This document shows, in pieces, positions 12,734 through 27,431 of a stretch of 64,000 nt of DNA. The stretch is from Chrysomallon squamiferum (taxonomy: Eukaryota > Animalia > Mollusca). Below the pieces are notes generated by a model. The model was not told the DNA's origin, did no database searches, and worked only from the letters and a program-made list of their open reading frames with translations. The DNA is taken from NCBI GenBank assembly GCA_012295275.1, contig CM022665.1:31434001-31498000 (forward strand), given 5' to 3'. Each line of letters opens with the position of its first letter. Position 1 is the stretch's first letter. A program made the translations under genes and the position numbers.

Positions 12734-15700
12734 CTTTAAATAAATAAATTTTAAAACTAAATAAACATATGAATGGTTTAATAAAAAAGTAAATAAACAA
12801 ATTTTAAAATGTTATAAATAAATATAATATAAAATGCAAATAACTAATAAATAAATACATACATACACAAGTAATGAATTAAATAAATAAATAAAATTCA
12901 TATAGGTTTTAATGTGCATTACACAAGATAAATTATAGATATAAAAAATTAAGAATGAAAGAAAGAAAGAAAACAATAAATTCAGATAAAAATTAAATCA
13001 TAAAAATAAATTTTAAACAACTGTAAAAACAAATTTAATATATGTAATTTCTGAATTTATACTATTATACTATTTTTTTTCAGTAGTAATAAAAAATTTA
13101 AATGAAAGAAAAGCAAGAATATACAGTATATTAATTTTATATTAAAGTATTATTACCTTTAGTTCTTGAAGTCTTTTGCTCACTCTAACATGGACACTAT
13201 GATCACGCACTGTTTCAGCAGACACCAAGAGTTCTTCCCCTTGTTTCACAAGACTGTCAACTTCAGGTTTTAGTGCTTGAATCTCTTCATCAATCATCTG
13301 AAATAGAAAAAAATTAATTTTAAAGATCATTAATATATGTCATTTACATGTTATCATTTTATATATATATATGACCATGTAGATGACCATTTTTTAATAT
13401 GTGCATGGTTTAAAGAAAAACAACACTGGGAAAAGGTACACTGACGAAAAGATAATTTTAAAATTAAAAATTAAAAAGAAAATATAAAAAGTAAAAAATT
13501 ACTTATTTTAAATAAATAATATTATAAAACAACCTAAAAAAATAAATAAATAAAAGTAATAAATATAATAACATAATATAAATTTGTATATACACACACA
13601 CACACACACATAATCTGTTAAAGCGAAACAATTTTCTGTTGAATAATTTTTTTGGTGATAAATTGAATAAAACTAAAATAAATTACTTTCATTGTGGCTT
13701 CAATATTGTCAGTGAGATCACTCTCCTGCAAGTTGCCCCCTGTAGAAATAGTACTCTCGAAAACAACAAGGGCAGTCATTACTTTATCACATTGAAGGTC
13801 AAATGCATCTTCACCTTCAACCTTTGACCCCTGGCGCTGAAATCTTGGAGGATGTGACATAACTGGGGAAGATTTTATAACATCCACTGCAGCTTCATGC
13901 TGAGTAACTTGCTTTTCCTGTGAAAACACATTTTTTTGTAAGTTAAATAGAAGTTTAATACAATCAAACAGTTGTCTCCAAATTCATTGGCTTGAAAGAT
14001 TAATCTGACATTCCAGAAATATAAGTTTTCAATGATTCACTAATGCTTTTGATTTGTAACAAGCAATAAGTATTTAAAATAAAGACTCTGCTAAAGAAAA
14101 TTTCAGATAAACATTCATCCACCAGGACACACACATCTTGGTTCTAAGACCAACTGAATAGGGAGCACATACCACAAATTTTTATCAACTATTCATGGAG
14201 TTCTACTTGTAACAGGAAATATCCCAAAGGAGAAACACGTGACTATTTATTCTGCTGACCATCAAGTATTCTAAATACTGAACAACAGCTCATTCAATAA
14301 ATGTATTTAACAGCATTCAAATTTATATAACAAAATTATAACAAAATTTTTAAAGATAATTCAGGAATATATATATATAAAAAAATAATAATAAAAAGAA
14401 AAAGAAGAAAGAAAAGGCTTACTTTTAATTTCTCTGTGACCTCCTCCCATCTCTGATTAAGGTGAGTCAGTTCTGGCTCCACCATTTTGTTGTAACGATC
14501 ACTTCTTGTCATCAAGTTGATAGCTGAATCTCGAACTTCATCAACTTGACTGCGAAGTTCATTCATCTGCATCTGTAAAACCTGAAATTAGAGCAAATTA
14601 TTGTTGAAAAGTATCTATAAATTGCATTGCATTCATAAAGCTGTTATCCTGTTAATTCTATTATTAAACATATTTTAATTTTTATATTTTTTAAACTCAA
14701 TAAGCCTTGGCAAAGAGACATCTCAGACAATTTTAACAATAAATGCCAACCATTGAATGATTAACTGTTTTTGTTTTCCTAACCATTTCTCTGTTACTTG
14801 TAATTATTATAATTACATATATACTATTTTCATTAATCTTACCTAATTACAGAAGACTATTTCATTTTGAAAAAAATCAAGCAACATTTTATATCAAAAT
14901 GAACTGAAAGCTAATAAAAACAGTTACCTCTACATTATACAGAATGTTATATTGTATCTTGTCTCGTTTAAATAGAACAATGGACAGTCTGCATTGAATA
15001 TTTCAGTTCACTGACATGTCATATTACATAATGAAGTGCCTTACACTGACTGTCATTACATTAATGATTCTAAACACCTGACTAAACATTTAATTATTTC
15101 TGTAAACACAGGTACAAGAAAATCTGATGTCTTAGTATTATCTTGTTATGACATATAGTGAAGAGGCTGTCAGTGGTAATAACTTTGTCAATGTGTTATG
15201 CAGATAATATTTTATAACCTTGTCTAAGACCTTTTATTTGTCTGTAACAGTACAAATTAATGAAATAATAATAATAAACATAACCACAATAACAATAATA
15301 ATATTATTGCTGGTAACTGTATTATTACTGTCGTTGTTGTTGTTGTTGATGTTGTTATTGTTAATATTATTATTATTTTATTGCTGCTTTGATAATCATT
15401 ATTAGTAACTGATTACTAGGATCCTACAAAATATTAATTAGTAGAATAATTAAAAAATATCTTTATATATAAAAACCAGGCAAAAATACAATATATTTTA
15501 TCGTCTCCTTTAACAACAACCCATTAAAAAATGAAACTAACCTGTCATCCAAATCATCCAAATTTAGTATTTGAAACATTTCTTAAACACACCTTATATA
15601 AATATATACACAAGCTAGCAAAATTAGACATTCCTTAGTCATCCCCTATAATTACATTTTTTAAACATCAGTGCTCATCACTAAACGCTTATGACTTCTT

Positions 15701-15824
15701 TAACCATTAACTTTGAACTGACCATGGCCTAAATACAAGAGAGAGAAACTGTACAGAGATTGACAGGGAAAATCTGATGCACTAGTAAACTGAATGACTT
15801 GTCAGTCCATATACAGACAGCCAT

Positions 15825-15855
<31 letters not shown>

Positions 15856-18800
15856 CAATACTAAAGAGAAGAAAGAGGGCTGAGTGATTTGATTGTCAAG
15901 ACAATTCCACAGCTATTATATCGTGCAAGCCTCAGTGTCTGATTGTTCCTGTCATTTCAAGATTGGTTTTATTTGATGAAATTCGATTAATTTATTTATA
16001 ATTGCCAGAAGCTGCTGTGGGTTAAATAAAATAGCAATATTCCATGCATTTTTATTAGTCTTTTTGATAAAATCTTTTTATTTTTTTTTTTTTTTAAATA
16101 TAAACTTAGGTTTGTAGTAAATGTGTATTAAAATATTACAGTTTAATATAAAATAAAATTATTTACTCATCTTGACATTTTATATATATGTAAGTGTGGG
16201 TGTATGTATGTATGTATGTATATAAAACAAAATTGTTATTATTATTTTTTTAATGTTTTTCATAGCATTTTAACTGCAAATTGTATTATGACTAATAATT
16301 ATGTTGGGGAATAAATAAAGCAAGAAGTCATGCAAGATAAAGTTTCATAACTGTTATTCTATTTTTGCCATAATATTCTAAATTTGCTAAATTAAGATTT
16401 AATTTTCTTAATCAAATAGTTAACTCAAGTAACATCTACTGTTGTCACAATATTAAAATTGTCTTAGAATCTGGATTTCTTTTTTCTTTACAGTTTAGTA
16501 TATAAAAGACTGCATCATGCTATAGTTTCCCCTTCTAATTGTTTCTATGTATTCAAATCCATAAGTAACACTATCATAATAAATTATTAATACAAAATGA
16601 AAAATGTAAGGTGCATTATTTCCTTCTTTTTTTTTTTTCTCTTGGTGTTGATAAAATCAATATGAAATTAGTGTGCAACATAAAATGGTGAATGGAACAA
16701 TTATTTCATAATGTGAATCAATATAGAGATCAATACAGACTGACAGCAGATCTGATCACAGTCATTTAATTACAATTGCCACATATTAGTCCAACATGCA
16801 TGCTTTCATAACATAACAAAGGGAAGGGACAAACCATAGTGTGTATATCATGTCTAATGTATAATGATACAAAGTCTTCATATATGAAATTATGACATCA
16901 GAAAGCATTAAAATAATAAAACATATGATTTACTGTTTAAATCAGTGTCATTTAATTACAGCCATCATGAATTAGTGTAAGAAGAAGTCAATATGAAATT
17001 ATGATATTAAAAATCATTAACATAATGAAACATGTTTTAAAGTTTAATTCAGTTGGTATATGTTAAAATTATTTAATTATAAAAATTATGTATGCTTTCA
17101 TAACATAACAAAGGGAGCAGGAAAAAATCATGGTATATAAAATTTGTCAAATGTATGACAAGAGGAAGCCAATATCCTGAAGCATTCAATATAGACCAAG
17201 CCATTCACTAATAACACACTTAAATTGTAGCATATTACAGTTTTAATTTGTTCTAGCAGATCTCCAAGCCATTTAATTACAATTACTGTAACACTGATCA
17301 ATGATTATAGGGTGAACGAAACCATAGTGATTTTGTAGACAATATATATATAAAATTGTAACATTAAAAATCATTTGCATAATAATAACAATACTATGTT
17401 TTACAGTTTCAGTCAGTGCTGACAGATCTCCAAGTATCATATATTGCAAATCTGCCAAATATGCATGTTTTCATAATACAACAAAGAGAGGAGAAAAAAC
17501 CAAAAACATGGTGTATAAGTAATTTTATTAAAGAAATTATAATAGAGTAAAATTCATTTAAATAATAAAATTAATGTTATGCTACCCAACTGAAAAAAAA
17601 CCAAAGAAAAAAAACCAATTGTTCAGTTCATGTTAGTTGATCTCTAGGTCTTTTAAATACACCTGTCGTATATATCATAAATCTGAGCTTAACTTGAATT
17701 CTTTAACAAAAAACAAAAAAACAAAAATAATTTGCTGTAATCAAATGTTCAAAAGAAAAATGGCATTTTATGTTAAAGTCCCAATATGTACAATGCTTTG
17801 ACTTATTAAAAATCATAAAAATCATAAAAAAAACCCATTAATAAATATGTATTACAGTTTCAATCCATCTTGGTATGTCATTTTATAACATTAATCATGT
17901 ATTTAAAATATGTGTCCAAACTGACTGTATTCACAAGGTAACATGTATTAAGGCAACACTATGTGAGGAATAAAAAACCCAGTATACTGTTTTGTCTAAT
18001 GTATGTTGTATTCCAGCATGAAGATTTTCTTTATAGATTTTTAATTTGGTTAGCCATCACAGCCACAATAAACAAATAATTCATTAAATATATATATTTT
18101 TTTAAAGAAACAACAGAATGAAAATAATAAAACAACAATAATAAAAGTAACAACAACAACAATAGTAGTAGTAATGGTAATAATAATAATAATAATAATA
18201 AGATAATACACTAAATACTTACTTTCATTCTTTCTTTCTCAGTGAGTGAAGACTTCTGTGACTCTGGCAGTTTATCATGGGCTGCTATGACAGTCTCAGC
18301 CTCAGCCAACCAGTCTTTAACTTTCATTATCTGAGTCTGAAACTCAATAAACACCCCATCCAGTCTCTCACTCTCCTCCTGCAACAAAGTTTAAAACACT
18401 CTTTTTAATCCGATAACAGTCTATTATTTTCTTTCTGATTACAGAATATGCATATGAAAAAGGTTTATTAAAAAAAAATTATCTTCATTTTACTGAGCAC
18501 ATATATAACAATGTAAGTTAAGCATCCCTTATCAAAATTTCCAAATCCCCGAAAACATAAGAAAGCTTTTTTTCTGAGCAGCCAATATAGATATATCTTA
18601 CAGTTTTTTGATGATTTAATGTACATAAGCTTCTTTTTGGACATAAAAATTATATAAAATAATCTGCAAGCAGCTTCTGTAATTTATGTGAAATTTAAAT
18701 CAATTTTTAATTTAGTCTTGACTCCTATTTCACCTTATATTCCAAATATGAAATATACTTAGACCTGAATCCCACTCTCAGGCTGAAAATTTATGAAATT

Positions 18801-19400
18801 CAACAAATGTCTGGTGCAAAGCATTCCAGATAAATGATGTTTTAACTGTCTTAAATGTTATAATTTCATATGGTTGAGAGGAAAGACAAGAAGTCTGTAA
18901 TTCTGTATCTGAAACCTCCAAGTGTACCTGTAATATTTTCTTCCTTCTGGACAATCGCTGAGCAAGATTATTGAGATCATCACCAAGTTTGGAAGTCAAA
19001 TCTGTGGCATTGTCAATCTCTCCTTCATCACTGAGAGATCTTAGCTGTTCTATGATGTCTATCATAGAGGGAATCAGAGGTTGCCTGTGGATTAAATCAT
19101 TCTGGGCAGTCTGTAAGATAACAGTCAACATCACTTATTATTGTTTATTACTGTTAAGACTATTTTTATTGCCATGATTATGATGATGATCATCATCATC
19201 ATAATCACTGTCATTATTGTTTATTATTAATATTATTATTTTCAAATACCTTATTTCTGCTATACTATTATTATTTTTGAAAATTTATTTTATTAAAATT
19301 ACTAAGACACATTCATGATGCTTGACTCAAAGCTTTAAATTTTCCACAGCAATATTTTTTCTTGGGATTATTCAATTAATTTTCAATATTTATTGTTGTT

Positions 19401-19434
<34 letters not shown>

Positions 19435-22400
19435 ATATAAAACTGGGAACATTAACAATAAAACTTCCAAAGACACTATTTTCCCAATAGCTTTATTTTT
19501 TTTATTTTTTTGCCACTGTCATCTTTTTAACTGCAGAGGTCAAGTTAAAGAGGCTGTTTACCATGACAAATTGCATGTCTTCATCCACATTGTTGGTAGG
19601 TGGTGGCAGTTTCCTGTCTGCCCAGCTCTTCATTAGTTTTCAGAATAAACTCATGAAGAACCACTTCTTCTTTCTTCAGTTTGCGACAAAGCTTTAGTGC
19701 TTTTTCCAAATTTGCCTTCCCTTGAGTTACCTTCAAGGACAAAGGATTACAATAATGCAGACTTAATTACAAAATGTCTATAAAATTAAAAATAAAAATG
19801 TAAATTTAAAAACAAAAATGTAAAATTATTTAAATTATATATATATATATATATTTTTAAACATTAAAACCATAATGACAAGAATATATAGCAATGTTTT
19901 AAAGCTGATAAATACTGTAATAGAGTGAAAGGTGATATTATTTAGTTTTGTCCCACATATATATGTATATATATATACATACACACATATATATACAGTA
20001 TTGCAGGGCGTGCAAGCACTGATAATATTTTAAATAAACAACTGTTTCTCTTATATACAGTGACTGATTATAGTTGTGTTTTTAAAGATAGCATCTGCAA
20101 CCTGTATTTATTGAAATCGGTTATAGAACTTACCTTGAAATATATAAATAAAAAAAATAACTTTTTGTTATACTTAATCAGATATGCTAAATATATATAT
20201 ATATTTTTTAAATATACTTAAATGAAAAATCAAGTTTGAATAAATCCTTTCTGTTACATCATCTGATCAAAAGTTTGTGTATACAAACAAATAAATAAAT
20301 AAAATGTATAATGCTAATTTGTTGTATAAGAAATCATTTTTGTTTTTCCTAAAACTTATAAAAACAAAATTTCAGAATTAAAACTCTTTTTTGTTTATAT
20401 ATTTCAGGACTAACAAATCTGTTTTGTAACAAATAAAATTCAATATTAATCTGCATTTCAAATTTAAATCTTTTCTTCTTTTTTTTTTTTTAAATCCAAA
20501 GTAAACAAAAAATGAAACAAAATTCTATTAACTTAGTTTATACCAGATATACTTAGTTTCTTCTCACCAGTGTGTAAGCAGACCTCATTTGATAACAGTA
20601 AAGTAAAGAAAAAAAAAGAGAGAAACTCTTACATCATTCAGCTGAATGTTTTGAGGCAACACAATCTTCAGATATCAGTTATGCACCATCAGTAACCTTT
20701 CTTTTTATTTTGTCTGGTGAAGTCACAGTTAGCAAAGTTTATTAAATATCCAAAGATGATGGTGGCAATAAATTCCATTCAAAGAGTTTTAGAATCAAGA
20801 AAAAGAATAAAAAAAAATTTAAATAAAAAAAATGTATACTATGGCTAAAGCATATTAGTTCTTTATGTTTGCCCTACCCATCCCTCCCATGAACTGATGA
20901 AAAGCAGCAGAAATAAACTAACCAAATTGAGATGTATACTATATAATGTATTTCTTAATGACCTGATAATGTGATTTCTTATTCAAACACTTCAAAAAAA
21001 ATCAAACAATTAAGATGTAAGTGTACATTTTCAGGTGGTTTCTTTCAGGAAGATGGCCAAACCTGTTGCCAGTTAAAAGCTCTGATTTTGTCCTTAAATC
21101 TGTAGCACTGCTTTGGTAGATAGATTTGATGCCAGTTCAAAATCTCCAACTTGAGCTTAAATCTAGCACATGTCAGGAAAAACCCAATACCAATTCAAAA
21201 CCATATACCACATAGCAGACAAACCTGCTGCCAGCTTAAAACATTTTACCTGATGCTTAAATCTAGCTCCATGATGAGCAAAGATCTCAATCTAGTGTCT
21301 ACATCCTTCTTCAAGCACAAAATAAACTACTGAATTCAAAAGAATGACCATCCAGAAAAACTAGTAATTGTGATTTATCCTTACAACAGTACAACTATTT
21401 CTAACTAGTGTAGAAGCCTTTCAAGCTGTTATTTAAAATATTTCTCAAATATTAGCTAAAATTTACTTACTGAATTAAGGACATCAAAAATTTCTTTTGA
21501 GAAATATAAAAAATTCTAACTACTACAAACTTTAACGTATAAATCACTTTAAAATTTAAAATAAAAACCTGCAAAAATCACAGCATATTTGTGAAATTGT
21601 AAAATTCATAATAAAAACTACTGCAAACATTCCACACATAAATCACTTCTAAATTCAAAAACATAAACTACTATAAAATTCACAACATAAACTACTGCAA
21701 AATTCATCAACATAAACTACTGCAAAATTCAACAAATTATTTCAAAATTCAGTGACATACAGATGAGGAGGAAAGCTCTAAATGTTGTTAGCAGAGCAGA
21801 AAGCAAGCATTAATAAGCAAAACCCTCAGAAAACAAGAATCAAACTCAAACAAGGGATGGAACAAAACCATGCAGAATAAAATAATATCATGAACTTAAA
21901 AATAAAGACAAGAAAATCATCCATGTTTTCTGAAGGAAAAATACATTCATATTAGACAGCCAATGTTAATAATATATACAATATACAAAATATATCAGTA
22001 TAACCAGGGATTAGAATTTGAGCAGTTATGAGGAACAGTTTGCTCAAAGTTAAAATACATTTGAGTAAATATATCAGCAGTACAATCAGATATCTTTCAC
22101 CCTTATAGAAATCATTTTGTATAGGACTGTCTTTATCAAATGCTGATTATTTTACACAAAAAGTGAAATATTAATTAAATACTTATAATTATTTATAAAT
22201 AATTTGAATTTCAGATTTAGTATGTGTTTTTTGTGTATGGAATATAAATAAAGGATATAACGTAGGTGAAATGTGCTGGAACTTTTTAAAATTCCAGTAA
22301 AGAATATTGATAACAATTAATTTAATTTTCACATATCCAATAAGATATTTATTATTTTATTTGAGTTGTTCTTAAAACTATATTCCACATTAAGAAAAAA

Positions 22401-25400
22401 AAAAAAAAATGTTTACAACCATTAAAATAATGATTTAAAATATTTAATATTCAGTACTTTGGCTTTGGATGATCAAACAACAGTAGATATAAATAAGTAC
22501 ATTAATGACAAATAACAACAGAAAAAGTCCAAAAATAAAATTAACATTTTAACAATACATTGAATTATTGTGTCACTGTAATGAACACAGTTATAGTCAT
22601 CTAATAAATATTAACAAGTTCTCTTAAATGACTGCACTTTTTCACATCAGATTAAAATACACGATTATCAGAAGAACATGCCTGATGACAACATCAGCAA
22701 CAACAACAATATATAAAATGACCAACAGAAGAGGAAGGAAAATGGATTTGGGAGAATGAAAATACAAATAAATACAGGGGGAATGGAAAAAGATGCCACT
22801 GGTAATGTACGAGGCAGCACCAAGACAGCCAATGAGCGAGTACCTGTGCCCCCAGGTCGTTATATTGCTGTTTTATGGCATCCAGCTGTTTATTTAGCGT
22901 GTCAGGGAAGTCTACCTGTTTCTTTTCAACCACGTGACGGCCGGTTTTTATCACATACTCCACTTCCGGTTTCAGTTCGCTCATCGTCTTGTAAAATTTC
23001 TGGATAAAAATAAAATAAAATAAAATAAAAATAAAGATTAAAATAATTAAAGAATTCAAATTAGTATATGCTTTTGATTATTATTATATATGTTGTTATG
23101 ATAATTATTTATTTTATTATTGTTATTACTGTATAATGTTTTACTCTTATCTTTATATATTTCATTACTGTTATTATTATACATTTTATTACTATTATTA
23201 TATATATATTTTATTAATAATATCATAATAAATAGTGGTATTATTATTATTATATATATATATCATCACTATCATTATTATTATTACTATTATTACCATG
23301 CAATGGTCATGTCGTTCCTGTATGATTTCCGTCTCTCTGCTGGTGATGTCCAGTAGATGCAGTCTTTCCTGAATACTGTCCAGTTCTCTCTTCACATGGC
23401 TCATCTTTGGCTCGAAATCTGCTGGTCTCTGGAACTTGCGAAACTTCACCATAACCTCAGCGAAATGTTTCTGAATAAATTTGAAGGATATTTAGAATTG
23501 AAAAAAAATATTTAAATAAAAACATTCAGTGAAGTAATTAAGAAATAAACAGAATAGATTAAAAAATAAATGAATAATGATAATGTAAAAAAAATATATA
23601 AGAGTGTGTAATAATTTAATGAATAAATAAATTTAAAATAAATTAGTAGGAATGAATTATAACAGAAAAGTTAAATGAATGAATGTCACAAAAAAGAAAG
23701 GAAAAAACAAAAATAATCAGAAGAGAAAGGAATGATAGAAAAACAATAAGAAATAGAAAACAAAAAATTCCATATAAATGAAATTAAAGAAACAAATTTA
23801 TTACAGTAATTATATTATTCAATATTAATAAATTAATACTGAAGATACAGTATTACTTTATATTTATACCTTTAACAGCTGTATCTGCTGCTCCAGTCTT
23901 GCACTGGCTTCAATTTTGCCCTGCAATTTGTACTCTTTAGCATGCTGTTCTAGTTCTTTTAACAAGTCTTCCTGTTGTTTGAATTCTTCTTTCAGAGACT
24001 ACAGATAAATATAAGTTATTTCATATTCAACACTATTAAATAACACAAGTAGACTGAAGAATCTACAACAAGCATGTTTAGTTTTTATTTTATTTTTTGC
24101 GTAAAAAATTATTTGTTCCTGTTTATTATTATTATTTTAAATTAATCTTGACTCAGGTAATTTTTATAAAAAGAAATGTTTTTGCTGCACTAATTTTATA
24201 TAATTTAGAGAACCTCTGATTAAAGTATAAAACATAATGTACTTTAATGTAGCTTTATCTTTGGAGGTAGGCACAGAATTAATAATTAAAAATTTATACT
24301 GTAAGGACGACAATACATAATGATAATCTTGATACATTTAGGGATTTAATAAGTAGCAGACTAGTCCCCAATGCTTGATGATAAATCTTGCAATTATGAT
24401 GTAAGCCAGAGTATAGACTCAATGATAAAACATAACAAACTCTGATTTTATGGTCATTATTTCTTTTGTTACTTTTTTAATCTGAAAATGCTGTTTTATA
24501 GTAAAATAGTATACCTCATATTCTTGTGCAGGGGCATCTTCAGCTAACATGTCAGCATCAAGTCGTGACTGCAGATGTTCAGTGATGTCTCCCATCCACT
24601 GAGACATGTCCAACATCTGTCTCTCTATTGTCTGAGCTTGCTGGATTGATTCTTCCAGGCGGACTACTTTATTCTTGGCCTGTCAGAATAATAATATGTA
24701 CAATGACAATGATAACAACAATGATGATGATGATGATGATATTGACAATATTAAAAGCAATAATAGTATTTTGTTTAAGCATCATTTAAATATACCATCT
24801 GTCTGTTTTATATTACATTAAATAAAACCAAAATTGTTTTTATAGTTTTTGTATGTTTTTTTTTGTTGTTTTTTTGAACCTCTAGAGTTCTTTCAACTTG
24901 TTTTTAAAAATGAATTTAATCAATCACTGGATGTTTATTAAATTTTAAAAAAAAAAAAATGTATTCTCATTAAAATTAACATTCTCATTCTTACCTCAGC
25001 TTCTAAAGTTTCATGTTTTTTGTTCACTTCTTCCAAATCTTTTTTTACTGAGTCAACAAGAATTGAGTTTGAAATTAGTTCATCAGCTAGCTCATTAATT
25101 CTCTGATGGTTATTTGGATCATGGTCTCGTTGGAGAGTTTCCATCTCCTAATTTAGGACAAAATAAATATTATTTTCTCAATTCAAACAAATAAATAATA
25201 TTATTATTATTATTTGATGTCACAAACATTTTCAGAATTCTTAAAAGTGAAATAACATAAAATAGCAAACTCTAAAATAAATCTGAGATATATCTCTTTA
25301 AACCAGCTATTTTGTAAAAAACTGAACTTGAAGTATTCAATTCTTTAAAGCTCTTAAATTTCCAGTAGAATTTGTTTCTGTAATTCTTGAAAACATTAAT

Positions 25401-25602
25401 ATTTATAATTTATACTGAATAACAGAAAAAAAATCTTGCCCTTTTTCTGAAACTAAATTAAAAACTCCCCTAAAAAAAAAAATAATAATAATTAAATAAA
25501 TATTAATAATACTAGTAAAATAAATAAATAATAAATAAATAAATAAATTAGTAATAACAATAATAATAATGATGATGATGATGATGATGATGATGATAAT
25601 AA

Positions 25603-25657
<55 letters not shown>

Positions 25658-27391
25658 ACTCACATCCAGTTCTTCAGATATCTCTTCAGCATCTAAACTT
25701 TTCACTGAAGACTTTCTAACTTTTCTTTCAAGTGCAATAAGGTATCGTCTTTCTTTTTCAATTAATTCTGAAAATAAAAAAGATGATATTCAGCACTGGT
25801 GGTATAAACTGAAATGTCGTTTTCTCTTGGTGAAAATAAAAGAGAAAAAAAAAGGTTATTTCCCTTTACATTTTACCAACATTACTACTTTATGACAATC
25901 ACTACGTTGACTTCTACTATATTTACTACCACTTTTATATTTTTAACTGTTTTTAAAACTTAATTAAAATAAGTTTAAATAATTTTATTTAATATATACA
26001 TACACAGACACATACAAGAAGAAAAAGAAAAAAATAAGAAACACCTACAACTTTAAATACATTTTATTTGTTCTCTTTACAATAATATAACATATATACC
26101 AAATCATAGAAACAGGTTTCACTATTACAACTTTTATTCAGAAGAAAAAAAAAAGGAAAACAGAAATTAGTTTGACGTGCATAAACATGGTGCTCATGAA
26201 AGTTATGATCTACCTTTGAATTCTTTCCACTGTAAGGAAGCATTTTCAAACAGCTGATGGTAATTTTCAACTCGCTGTGCAATGTCACTCCACAATGAGT
26301 TCAGTTTCATCAGAGCTCGAGCTAATTCTTGAAGTGATCCGGATGGAGCATTATTCAACATTTCATTTGTCACTTCATTAGACTCGGTCACTTCAAACTC
26401 TCGCTCATTCACTTCTTTCTTTAATGTCTGATAGTATCATCATAAAAAAAGAAATATAAAAAAAAAGTGAATAAGTATAAAATGAAAAAAACAACAAAAA
26501 AAATCTTAATTTCTTTCATTAATTGAAGAAAACAATATTATATGAACTAATATCACACAGAAGAGATAACTGATTTTTAATGTATTACAAAACTGAAGTG
26601 TGATATATATATATTTTTTAAATCTTCTGTATGAAAAACTGATTATAAGGTTGTAATAATAAAATGAAATGAATAAAAATATTTAAAAATTATACAAACA
26701 TATTATATAGAAATTATACAGAAAATAAATAAATAAATAAATAATACTTTCATCTAATAACCCATAAATATTTAATTGTCTAAATAATTACATATTCACA
26801 TCCTATTTCATTTTTCACCTCTAAGAATGCTCATGAGCTATTACTATTCAGAACACAAAATAGGTAAAATATTTGATCCCATAACCAGCACTGCATAAAA
26901 CTGGTTAAATATTTATACTACTACATCACAAAAGATTATACTACAAATGTCATCACATACCTTGAATTTCTTATTTTTCACAAGTAGATCATTGGTATTT
27001 TCTACAGAATAGTCTTTGTTTGACAGATCCACTTTAATCAACTCCAGCCATTTTGTAAGTGTGTCAATCTGATCGTAGACTTTGCGACTCTTCTCAAGAA
27101 TCTGTGTCAGTCTTTGGTTCTGCTCCTCGGCAAGGACAACAACACGTTCCCACTTCTGATTCAATGATTTCACCTCACTGGCAATGCTGTCCTGCAGGCT
27201 GGCATCTCCCTCTTTCATCAATGATGCTGCCAGTGTGTTGATGCTGCTCACATTTTGTTTCAGTGTTTTTATATCTTCTAATACACCCTGCATTTTTTTT
27301 TAAAAGTAAAGGAAGATTTATTTGGCTGTTGTTCTTTTTTTAAAGATACTTATTGATGTTATATTTTATTATTTTATTTCTTAAATATTTC

Positions 27392-27431
<40 letters not shown>

